Assembly (NCBI GenBank): GCA_016926735.1
Contig: JAFGOA010000143.1
Coordinates: forward strand, 1 to 22,567
Length of the DNA: 22,567 nucleotides
Origin: Promethearchaeota archaeon
Lineage (GTDB): Archaea; Asgardarchaeota; Lokiarchaeia; Sigyniarchaeales; SOKP01
Direction of reading: 5' to 3'
Part shown: positions 8,935 to 17,644 of the stretch, one piece after another
How positions within the stretch are numbered: the first letter of the stretch is position 1
Layout of the letters: every line of letters begins with the position of its first letter
The notes under the pieces: generated by a model
The model's database searches: none
Told to the model about the DNA's origin: nothing
Seen by the model: the letters and a program-made list of their open reading frames with translations, nothing else
Position numbers and translations under genes: made by a program

Positions 8935-9366
8935 ATGAAATTAGAAAGTAATGATTTTAGAAATAATGAAATGATTGATAAAAAATTTACATGTCAAGGA
9001 GAAAATATATCACCTCATCTTAAATGGGAAGATGTTCCTGAAAATACTAAAAGTTTTGCTATATCTTGTGAGGATCCAGATGTTTCTTCTGATATATGGA
9101 TACATTGGTATATTTGTGATATTCCATTAAATCAAAGAGAAATACCTCAAGGAGGACCTGTTCTTGGAAGTATTATTAAAAATGATTTTACAGAATTAAA
9201 TTATAGTGGACCATGTCCTCCTAAAGGAATACATCATTATATTTTTACAATATATGCTTTAAGTAAAAAAAAACTCCATAATGTTGATACGAGTAATTTT
9301 AAAAATCTAATTAATAACTATACTATTGAAAAATCAGAATTAGTTGGATTATATAAAAAACAATAA
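8935..9366 (+). CDS. YbhB/YbcL family (PEBP/Raf kinase inhibitor-like) protein
   Basis: TCQGENISPHLKW, EDPD...WIHW and YSGPCPPKG.HHYIFTIYAL motifs. Confidence 0.92.
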   Translation: MKLESNDFRNNEMIDKKFTCQGENISPHLKWEDVPENTKSFAISCEDPDVSSDIWIHWYICDIPLNQREIPQGGPVLGSIIKNDFTELNYSGPCPPKGIHHYIFTIYALSKKKLHNVDTSNFKNLINNYTIEKSELVGLYKKQ

Positions 9367-9499
9367 TTATTCAATTATTCTATACAAAAAAATTTCTTAA
9401 TGTAATATTATACTAAATACATTTAATCGTTTTGTCAAAATAATTAATATTTTTTTGTCATTACTTTTTTTTTAATTGTTTTATATAGATTAAATTAAA

Positions 9500-9961
9500 A
9501 TGTGTGACTTTAAATATATAATATATATGGATAAAGAAAGAATTAAAAGATATAAAGAAAAACAGGAATATTTTAATAAAGTGTTTGAGAATCTGATTGA
9601 TTGGATAAAAGACATTACAGATGATGATTTTGTATATAGACTAAATCTTCATGATCAATTTTCAATTTACCATGCATATCAAATTTTAATAGAGATTTCT
9701 GCAGATTTATCTGCTATGATATTGAAAGATATAAAAATACTCCCTAAAGATGATTATGTTAATTTTGATGAATTAGCAAAATCAAATATCCTAAATAAAG
9801 ATGTAGCTTATCACTTAAAGCAAGCAAATGGATTACGAAACCATATTGTTCATGGTTATAATGGTTTAAATGAATCAATTGCATTTAACGAGATAAAGAA
9901 GTATATTCCATATTTTAAAGAATTTAGAGAAGAGATTAATAAATGGTTGAAAAAAAACTAA
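9500..9961 (+). CDS. HEPN (DUF86/HepT-like) RNase toxin; the true start may be ATG 9527
   Basis: LRNHIVHGY matches the RX4H(x)Y HEPN motif. Overlaps the downstream MNT gene. Confidence 0.88.
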   Translation: MCDFKYIIYMDKERIKRYKEKQEYFNKVFENLIDWIKDITDDDFVYRLNLHDQFSIYHAYQILIEISADLSAMILKDIKILPKDDYVNFDELAKSNILNKDVAYHLKQANGLRNHIVHGYNGLNESIAFNEIKKYIPYFKEFREEINKWLKKN

Positions 9962-10338
9962 TAGAACAAATTAGAAATGATTTTACTTTAATTATAGAAA
10001 AAAAAGACATTATCGGTATTTTAATATATGGCTCATATTCAAAGAATCAACAAATAAATCGGAGTGATATTGATATCTGTATTGTAGCTCCAAATGAAGA
10101 TTCTATTGAATTATTAGATTTAATAGCCGGTAATGTAGATATAATGAAGAAAAAATATGATGTTAGAATTTTTTCTGAACTACCATTATTTATGAAAATT
10201 CAAATTATAAATGATGGGATATTGATTTATACTCTTGATAAATTTGATTTATATGAATTTTTTTATAAATATCGAAAATTATGGAATGATCAGCAAAATA
10301 GACAAGAACTATCCAAAGAAGAATTACTGACTCTTTAA
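9943..10338 (+). CDS. Minimal nucleotidyltransferase (MntA-like antitoxin)
   Basis: ILIYGSYS...SDIDICIV is the GS-x10-DxD Pol-beta motif. Paired with HEPN. Confidence 0.9.
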   Translation: MVEKKLIEQIRNDFTLIIEKKDIIGILIYGSYSKNQQINRSDIDICIVAPNEDSIELLDLIAGNVDIMKKKYDVRIFSELPLFMKIQIINDGILIYTLDKFDLYEFFYKYRKLWNDQQNRQELSKEELLTL

Positions 10339-10345
10339 TTAATTA

Positions 10346-10382
10346 AACTTCTTAAAAATAACTTCAAAAAGAAGATTGATAA
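10346..10382 (+). repeat. Second solitary CRISPR repeat copy, just after the MNT stop codon
   Basis: 10355-10381 AAAATAACTTCAAAAAGAAGATTGATA matches 63-89 at 26/27 positions. The 5' part of the repeat is diverged; the hairpin is intact. Confidence 0.82.
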
Positions 10383-10707
10383 ATTACATTTAGTTCATGA
10401 AATTTGGATTTTGCTAAACTTCCTTTAATGAATGATAACTGTCCTATCATTGAATTATAAGATTATTAACATATAAAATATCGATTTTAGTAGAAAAATT
10501 AAATTCTCAAATAATATTCAAAAGAAAGAATATCAATTGATTCTAATTTTAAATATTTATAAATTGTATATTTTATCAGAGAATTTTCGAATAGAAAGAA
10601 AAAACAATTCAATTTTACTCAGAAAATAATCAGTAGTAACCAATAGTTGCAAAAGTAATTTTAGAGTAAATAGATATATTATTTTGATTTTCTTTATTAT
10701 TATTATA

Positions 10708-10845
10708 AAAAGTATTAATCCTCAACATTTAATCCCTATTCATACTGAACATTCTGAATTCTTTAAAGTGTTGTTTTCAAAATATAATATCAATGTAATT
10801 ATATCTAAAAAAAATGAGAAACTAAGTTTCAATTCATCCAATTAA
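10708..10845 (+). pseudogene. Orphan diverged copy of the 3' end of the MBL/RNase J-like gene
   Basis: Translates to KSINPQHLIPIHTEHSEFFKVLFSKYNINVIISKKNEKLSFNSSN*, versus KSINPMHLIPVHTEYSEFIKLLFSKYDIDTIIGEKNKIISFNAD* at 8593-8727 (29/44 identical, ungapped). No start codon at the homology boundary. Confidence 0.88.
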
Positions 10846-11218
10846 TGATACTGGAATTAATCCAGAAAATAATATTTAATTTGCTAAGAAAAATGTTTAA
10901 AATTAGCTATTTTATCCAAATAATGTAGTATTTTCAAAATACTTTAATATAATTCATCTATTTCAGAAAAAAGAAGAAAAAAGAGCCGAAATTCGAAGAA
11001 AAATAAAAGGGAAAGAAAAATTAAACTGTTTTTAGTTTAATAGAGGGCGAAATCCAATGTTAAACCTTCGAATTTGTGATCTCCTTCCATTAAATATAAT
11101 CTAAATTAACATATAAATATGCATGTATTTTAGATCAGAAATAGAAATATTTTTAATTTAAAAAAATCTGTTTTTTTTTATATTTTTGTTCAAATACAAA
11201 AAATATCGAAATATTTAA

Positions 11219-12394
11219 TCAACTTTGTTGAACCAATTTAAGACATTCTTGGTAAAAATGACTACCGTAATTATTATTTGAATGAATTGAAGATTTTATT
11301 GTCTCATTCTTTTTTTTGGTTCTTCTTCCCCTCATTAAATCTACAAATGCTTCTAGTCGTGTTCTAAATCCTTCTATTCCACTTTGTTCATCGAATGAAA
11401 AGTAGATTATTGGTAAGTCGTATATTCCTTTTAGTTTATTTGTAATAATTGTTCTGGCAGTTACTTCTGGCATACAAGTAAAAGGATATGAATGAACAAA
11501 ACCGTCAAATCCAGCTTTAGCGTTGTCTATATACTGTCCGATTACCCAAACGCATTCTCCTCCAATATCCATTGGCATATATGGTTTTGCAAGATGTTCT
11601 AACCATTTTCGATGATAATTTAAATGAAATTTATGAGCAATCCAATCCCATAAACTTAAGCACTGATATATTTCTACACCCATTTCTCCTAACTTTCTTC
11701 GAATATCTAAATTAACATATGGTTCTAATGAAATATATATTTCTCCAGCAAGACCTACTTTTAGAGGTTTACGTGTTTTATCTATATCTAAATGTTCAAA
11801 ATCATTCTTAATAACAGATCTAAATTCTCTAAGTCCTTTATTAGTATTTGTTTCATCTAATTTATGAAGTAAACTATTTACTATTTTTGTTGTATCTCCC
11901 TGATTTCTTTCATATGCCCTAAAGATTCCTTCTGCGGTTTGAATATCTTCAAGATATTTTGCTTTTTTTAAAAAATAAAGAACTGATTTCACGAATTTTG
12001 GATATAGAGAAAAACTTGATTTACCGGATATCTTGAATAGGGTCTGAACCCATTGAAAATTTAATAAATCTGCTTGATCCAAAGGTATCAATCTGAATTT
12101 GTCATAACCGGCATCTCTTAAGATTCTTTCCTGAACACTTGCATAAAAACCAAATCTACAAGGACCACAGTCAATTGCCATTATAATTGTATCAGCACCT
12201 TTGTCTAATGCACTTTTAAGTTCTCCTAATGTAGGTTTAAATGGAAAACAAACAAATTCAGGACTATGCTTTACGCCAAATTTTACTAGTTCCCTATTTG
12301 CGGGTTCAGGTAAAACTACTTCCACACCAAGATTTTCAATTAATGTTTTGAAGGCCACCCATGAAGTTCCCATCCTTGGGAATGTTGCTCGCAT
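11219..12394 (-). CDS. 2-hydroxyacyl-CoA dehydratase (HGD-D)-like Fe-S protein resembling the PlsR/Ger reductase module
   Basis: CFPFKPTLG, CGPCRFGFY, KVGLAGEIY, PFTCMPE and FDEQSG..GFRTRLEAF motifs. Confidence 0.82.
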   Translation of the reverse strand: MRATFPRMGTSWVAFKTLIENLGVEVVLPEPANRELVKFGVKHSPEFVCFPFKPTLGELKSALDKGADTIIMAIDCGPCRFGFYASVQERILRDAGYDKFRLIPLDQADLLNFQWVQTLFKISGKSSFSLYPKFVKSVLYFLKKAKYLEDIQTAEGIFRAYERNQGDTTKIVNSLLHKLDETNTNKGLREFRSVIKNDFEHLDIDKTRKPLKVGLAGEIYISLEPYVNLDIRRKLGEMGVEIYQCLSLWDWIAHKFHLNYHRKWLEHLAKPYMPMDIGGECVWVIGQYIDNAKAGFDGFVHSYPFTCMPEVTARTIITNKLKGIYDLPIIYFSFDEQSGIEGFRTRLEAFVDLMRGRRTKKKNETIKSSIHSNNNYGSHFYQECLKLVQQS

Positions 12395-12599
12395 ATTTTA
12401 ATAACCTTAGTTAAAAATAAATTTTGTTATTTTATTTATAAGAACTATTCTTGAAAATACTACATTTGTAAAATTATTATCGAATTAAGCTATTTTTAGT
12501 AAAATGTAATTGTTTATTAAAATAGTAATCTAATTAAATAAAAATATTTTATTTAAAAAAGTTGGGATAGAAACCAAACATTTATAAAAAAAAATATCA

Positions 12600-13061
12600 T
12601 TAATCCTCTAAATAGACTTTAATATTATTGATAAAGTCTTGTATTTTTTGTTCTTGTCCCTCCTCAGCAGGTCCTTTCATACTCTTCATTTTTACTTCTA
12701 AGACTTCTGGATAGACATTTTCAATATGCTTTGCATTTCTTATTGTTTTCACCATCCCCTTTTTAAATAATCTCTTGGGCTTTAATCTATGAGTATAACA
12801 TATTATCGTTTTAGGAATTGGTTCCTTTCTATTAGTATCTATTTCTTCAACAAACTTTTTCATTTCTCTATCTACTCCAAATTGCATTATCCTAGTAGTT
12901 AAAATGAGCCCATAAAGGTTATCTGTATCATTGTTAAGATTAAAATCACCTATTCGTTTAATTTTAACATCAAACTTCTCGCTAAGGCCTCTAGCTAGTC
13001 TTTCTGCTAAAATTCTTGAATTCCCATAAAGAGAATTATGAATAATATATATATTCTTCAT
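12600..13061 (-). CDS. Flavodoxin-like protein (paralog 2)
   Basis: N-terminal IIHNSLYGNS..LAE flavodoxin phosphate-loop pattern; 153 aa. Confidence 0.72.
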   Translation of the reverse strand: MKNIYIIHNSLYGNSRILAERLARGLSEKFDVKIKRIGDFNLNNDTDNLYGLILTTRIMQFGVDREMKKFVEEIDTNRKEPIPKTIICYTHRLKPKRLFKKGMVKTIRNAKHIENVYPEVLEVKMKSMKGPAEEGQEQKIQDFINNIKVYLED

Positions 13062-13084
13062 TCTTTTTCTACTCTTTATAATAA

Positions 13085-13546
13085 TTAACTTTTTAAAAAT
13101 ATCTTTAGGTTATTAATATATTCATTAATTTTTCGTTCTTGTCCTTCCATAATGGAACCTCTATTTCCATCAACTGTTACTTCTAGATAATTAGGATAAA
13201 TACTCTTGATATTATTTAATTTTCCTAATGTTTTATCCATTCCTTTCTTGAAATGTTCTCTCCATTTCATTTCATGCATGTAGAATACTGCCGTTTTAGG
13301 AATAGTTTTTTTTCTATAAGAATCAATTTTTTTAATAAATTTCCTTATTTCCAAATTTGGTCTAAGTGAAATAATCCGAGTAGCGATAATTAGTCCATAA
13401 AGGCCATTTATATCACGCTCAAAGTCAATATCTTTTATATGGTCAATTTTCGTTTCAAAGTCATTTTTGAGGCCCTCAAAAATCGTTTGTGTTACGCCTT
13501 TTGAATTCCCAAATCGAGAATTATGAATAATTAATATTTTTTCCAT
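13085..13546 (-). CDS. Flavodoxin-like protein (paralog 1)
   Basis: IIHNSRFGNS motif; 153 aa; aligns without gaps to its neighbour at about 40% identity. Confidence 0.72.
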   Translation of the reverse strand: MEKILIIHNSRFGNSKGVTQTIFEGLKNDFETKIDHIKDIDFERDINGLYGLIIATRIISLRPNLEIRKFIKKIDSYRKKTIPKTAVFYMHEMKWREHFKKGMDKTLGKLNNIKSIYPNYLEVTVDGNRGSIMEGQERKINEYINNLKIFLKS

Positions 13547-13738
13547 TTTTCTATATCTTTAATAAATCAATTTTAATTTGATATATTTATTGATTAAAAT
13601 TTTAGTTTTTTATATAATTTCTTTAGTCCAATTTTTAATAAATAATCTTATATAATAGATATGTAATACTATATGATTTACGAAGTATTGAATAGAATAA
13701 AAATAAGATATAGCATAAAAATTATAATAATAAAAACA

Positions 13739-14773
13739 TTATACCTTAATTTTAGATTTTTCTTGTTGGAATTTTAGCTCGATTTTTTTTTTTTTCCGTT
13801 TAATCATATCAACAAAACTTTCAATACGGGTCAACATACCTGCTTCCCCTGAATGTTCATCCATTATAATTGCAAGATAAGGAAGTCCAACAACTTTCAT
13901 ATCTCTCATGATCAATTCTGAGATCAAACTATCTGGACCACATGCAAAACTAATAAGAAATATAACTCCATCGATTTCATTTCTTCCTTCCGTAAGAAAA
14001 TATCTAATAGCTTGCATTATTTCCTCTTCATGTCTCCAATAGTTCCTTAATTTATTATTAACAATCACAGGTGTTTTAAAAACAGATTCAGGCATATTCT
14101 CAATTGTAAGAACATCTACCTGTCTATCACTTAGTTTTTTTTGAAAATCTAAGTTAATAAAGGTATCAAATAGATTATATCCATGACCAAGCAATAATAA
14201 TCTTATATCATTTTGAGTCTTTTGTTTTGGTAATTTAAAAGGTATATTTCGATTTACGAGTCTTAGAGCATAATTAACTGGAGCACCTTCTTTTAGAAAA
14301 CTTAAATATTGATTATAATAATTTTTAGCTCTATTATATGCCTCAAGTGATCTTGATCTACTTAATCCTAACTGTTTTCCAAGTTCTACAGCAGAATATG
14401 ATATTGGAAATTCTTTTACATTTACTTCAAAATTTAGAATTTTAGGGATATTTGGTAAAATTTTAATTACATCTGGAAGTGAAAGGAATTTTGGACAAAA
14501 ATATGCGTCTTTAACTTCTGCAATATATCTTGGAACAAATATAAAATCTAAATCCTGATGATTTGTGATTAAGTTTAGCACATGACCATAGTATATTTTC
14601 ATTGGGATGCATAGTTCTCCAAAACCTTGTTGGACACCCTTTTCAACAATTTTTTTATTTGTTAGAGGGCTTAATACGATTTCTACGTCCATTTCTTCTA
14701 ATATTTTTTTCCAAAAAGGAAAATATCGATAAAAATGTAATGCCCTTGGAATTCCTACTTTTAATTTATTCAT
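13739..14773 (-). CDS. DUF2229 / acyl-CoA dehydratase activase-related Fe-S protein (PlsA/Ger-like module)
   Basis: KVGIPRAL..Y..FPFW, LCIPMKIYYGHV, FVPR..YFCPK, FACGPDS and DEHSGEAGMLTRIESF motifs. Confidence 0.85.
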   Translation of the reverse strand: MNKLKVGIPRALHFYRYFPFWKKILEEMDVEIVLSPLTNKKIVEKGVQQGFGELCIPMKIYYGHVLNLITNHQDLDFIFVPRYIAEVKDAYFCPKFLSLPDVIKILPNIPKILNFEVNVKEFPISYSAVELGKQLGLSRSRSLEAYNRAKNYYNQYLSFLKEGAPVNYALRLVNRNIPFKLPKQKTQNDIRLLLLGHGYNLFDTFINLDFQKKLSDRQVDVLTIENMPESVFKTPVIVNNKLRNYWRHEEEIMQAIRYFLTEGRNEIDGVIFLISFACGPDSLISELIMRDMKVVGLPYLAIIMDEHSGEAGMLTRIESFVDMIKRKKKKIELKFQQEKSKIKV

Positions 14774-14810
14774 TTTTCTCTATGCTACCGAATTTTAGGA
14801 TTAGTTTTAT

Positions 14811-16520
14811 TTATATGTTTGGATTATTATAAACTAAAAGATCTTTTATTCTTTCCATTAGGCTATTTGTTAACCGTTTTAATTCTTTATAATCGGGTAT
14901 TGGTTTATCAAAATATTGAGCGTGTTCCATAAATGGTTTCCCTGCTTGAAAGGTGGCTCCTTTTCCACAATATAATACTTTTGAATATTTTGGAAAAGTA
15001 TTTTCTGTTCCTGTTATCCCTACAGGTATTATTGGAACTTTAGTTTCAATTGCTAGTCTTATAGCACCCGTGTGAGGCTCAAGAAGTTCTCCTCCGCCTC
15101 TAGAAGACGTTCCTTCTGGATATATCATGACTAAATTACCTTTTCGAAGTAAATCTCTTGCAAAATTATAACTTTCTCTATCTCCTTCTCCTCTTTTTAA
15201 TGGAAAAGCGCTATGTGTTCGAATCCATGCGTTAACAATAGGTATTTGAAAAAGCTCTTGCTTAGCCATTTGCCATAAAATTCTATTTTTATCTTTAATA
15301 ATACATTTTGCATTGAGAATAACATCCCATTCAGAATTATGGTTAGAGCAAATAATAGCTGGGCCTGTGTCCGGTACATTTTCATAACCAAATGATTGAT
15401 ATGGAAAGAAATGATCTGTGAGAAAATTAACAATTATATGATTGAATCTCCATGCTAATTCATGAAGAACATCTTTAAGGCCAAATTCATCCAAGACTTT
15501 CATGAAAGTAATCCATGCGTCATCAATTGATTGTAAGATATAATGTTGATAATATTTCATCCAATAGTTAAAATCTTTTGATTTTTGTTCTTCTTTTTTT
15601 TTATCTTTTGGAGATCCAATTGAAAGCTCTTCTTTTTTCTCTTTAAAAGATCTTTTAATTTTTGAAAAATTACCTCTTCCTTCAAGTAAATCAAGTATCT
15701 TTAATCTTAGATCTGCAGTTAATTGTTTTGCTACTTTAGGTGTTAATTTTCCTTTATATTCATCATAATAAATTGCTTTTCCTACTCGTACACGAACTTG
15801 AACAGGAGTTCCGATTAAATTTCCTTTTGGAAGGGCATATTTTGAGCCAAGAATGGCCATAGGTACTATAGGTACACCACATTCAGCCGCTAACCGAACA
15901 GCTCCTGTTTTAAAGTCCCCCATTTCTCCATCCATACTACGTGTTCCTTCCGGAAATAATCCGATCCATTCTCCTTCTTGGATCTTCTTTTTAGCATAAG
16001 CCCATGCTTTCTCTACAGATTCTTTATTACCCCTTTCTCCTAATGAAAAAGCACTTAAATTTTTAAATAATGTTCGAACAATTGGTGTTTTAAAATTATC
16101 ATCTTTACTCATATAATTAATTTTACTATTACAGGCACATCCTGTAAAAAATGGATCTAGATGACTTTCATGATTACTTACAACAATACCTCCTCCATAG
16201 TCAGGAAAGAGTTCTCCATCTTCATATGTTGCATCATATCTCCACATTAATCGGGCTGCCTGCTTTACCCAAATATTAGCGGCCCACCATTGAAGGCGTT
16301 GTTCTTTTTCAACTAATCCAAAATGTTCAATTATTTTATGATAAAAATCATTTAGAGGATCAATAGGATTGTATTTCAATAAGTTATATAGAAAATTTTG
16401 ATGAGGTTTCTTCCATTGTATCTCATGAGAAACCACTTGCTCTTCTTCTTCATGCTCTGCTATTGATTTCTCTTCTATCTCTTTTTCGATTTTATCTAAA
16501 ATGGTTTTTTCAATAACCAT
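14811..16520 (-). CDS. Tandem double-domain PlsC-family (lysophospholipid) acyltransferase
   Basis: Domain 1: SNHESHLD, FPEGTRS, FKTGAVRLA, VPIVP. Domain 2: SNHNSEWD, YPEGTSS, HTGAIRLA, VPIIP. Both HX4D motifs are intact. Confidence 0.92.
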   Translation of the reverse strand: MVIEKTILDKIEKEIEEKSIAEHEEEEQVVSHEIQWKKPHQNFLYNLLKYNPIDPLNDFYHKIIEHFGLVEKEQRLQWWAANIWVKQAARLMWRYDATYEDGELFPDYGGGIVVSNHESHLDPFFTGCACNSKINYMSKDDNFKTPIVRTLFKNLSAFSLGERGNKESVEKAWAYAKKKIQEGEWIGLFPEGTRSMDGEMGDFKTGAVRLAAECGVPIVPMAILGSKYALPKGNLIGTPVQVRVRVGKAIYYDEYKGKLTPKVAKQLTADLRLKILDLLEGRGNFSKIKRSFKEKKEELSIGSPKDKKKEEQKSKDFNYWMKYYQHYILQSIDDAWITFMKVLDEFGLKDVLHELAWRFNHIIVNFLTDHFFPYQSFGYENVPDTGPAIICSNHNSEWDVILNAKCIIKDKNRILWQMAKQELFQIPIVNAWIRTHSAFPLKRGEGDRESYNFARDLLRKGNLVMIYPEGTSSRGGGELLEPHTGAIRLAIETKVPIIPVGITGTENTFPKYSKVLYCGKGATFQAGKPFMEHAQYFDKPIPDYKELKRLTNSLMERIKDLLVYNNPNI

Positions 16521-16716
16521 AATTTGTTCACTTCACTAAATTATTAATAAGGATAATAATATTGAAAACCTTAAAAGTTATATTTATTTAAATAGCTATT
16601 TGTTTAATTTAAGATTTTAGGTATATAACATCTGAAACTATAAAAAGCTAATAAAAAGATTGCAAATCTGTATAGTATGATTTATTAAGAATATCTAAAA
16701 CAAATAATAATAAAAA

Positions 16717-17469
16717 TCACCTTTTAATTTTAGATTCTATATCGAAAAGAGTAAAAAGGTCAATGATACTATCGAGAATTAAATCTGGTTGATAATCTAA
16801 TAATAAATTTTTATCACTAATTCCACTTGAAATTCCTATTGTCCATATTCCTGCTTCTTGACCTGTTTCAATATCTGTTGGCATATCCCCAATCATTAAG
16901 AATGAATTTTTATCTAATTTTCTATATTGATTGAATATAGGTTCTAATGCTGCTGGATCTGGTTTTAACGAGGGAACTTTATCTGCGCCATATACTCCCT
17001 TAAAGAATTTATTAATTCCCTTTTCTTGCAAATGATTGAGTATATTTTCCGTTTGGCTATGAGATATTATATAAAGATCATATTTTTTTTTTAGATTAGA
17101 AAGTAAAGTCTTAACACCCGGGAAAAATGGTGCTTTTCTCTCATATTCAAGATATTTTGCATATATCCTAGATGCTATTTCCAATTTTCTTATATAATCA
17201 AGATGTTCAAGTGACTTCATAAATTTAAAAATTTTATGTGATTGTAAAATAATCTTCGGAATTGGATATCCTTGTATTGATTCTAAAATTGAACCAATTT
17301 CTTTTAAAGCTAAATCAATATCAGTTTTTATGTTAAGTTCTTCAAATATTTCTATTATAGATTTCCTTAATATCTCTTGTATATCTAACAAGGTACCATC
17401 AAAATCAAAAATAATAATTTTTATAGAATTTGATTTGATCCAATTAACCAATTGATTTTCGTTTTCCAT
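16717..17469 (-). CDS. HAD-superfamily phosphatase (phosphoglycolate phosphatase-like)
   Basis: IIFDFDGTLLD, KPDP and MIGDMPTDI motifs. Confidence 0.92.
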   Translation of the reverse strand: MENENQLVNWIKSNSIKIIIFDFDGTLLDIQEILRKSIIEIFEELNIKTDIDLALKEIGSILESIQGYPIPKIILQSHKIFKFMKSLEHLDYIRKLEIASRIYAKYLEYERKAPFFPGVKTLLSNLKKKYDLYIISHSQTENILNHLQEKGINKFFKGVYGADKVPSLKPDPAALEPIFNQYRKLDKNSFLMIGDMPTDIETGQEAGIWTIGISSGISDKNLLLDYQPDLILDSIIDLFTLFDIESKIKR

Positions 17470-17644
17470 ATTAAAATATAATTAATTTAAATAATAAAGA
17501 CAAAATTCTCTTTTCTTTTTTTTTATTACATGTTAAATTATATGTGAAAAATCAAAAAAGTTAAAATATTAGCTTATTAATTTATTTATTAGTTTTAATT
17601 TTAATTTAAATTTTCTAGACAAAAATCAACGTGATAGTAAAGAT

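Noticed and set aside
10922-12466. 16-bp inverted repeat AATGTAGTATTTTCAA (10922-10937) / TTGAAAATACTACATT (12451-12466) around the HGD-D-like gene
   Set aside because: No transposase or target-site duplication, and a 16-mer match can arise by chance in 22 kb of very AT-rich DNA. It could still be a regulator site.
16642-16667. AAAAAGCTAATAAAAAGATTGCAAAT resembling the repeat 3' half
   Set aside because: Needs gaps to align and lacks the CTTC/GAAG stem; likely chance.
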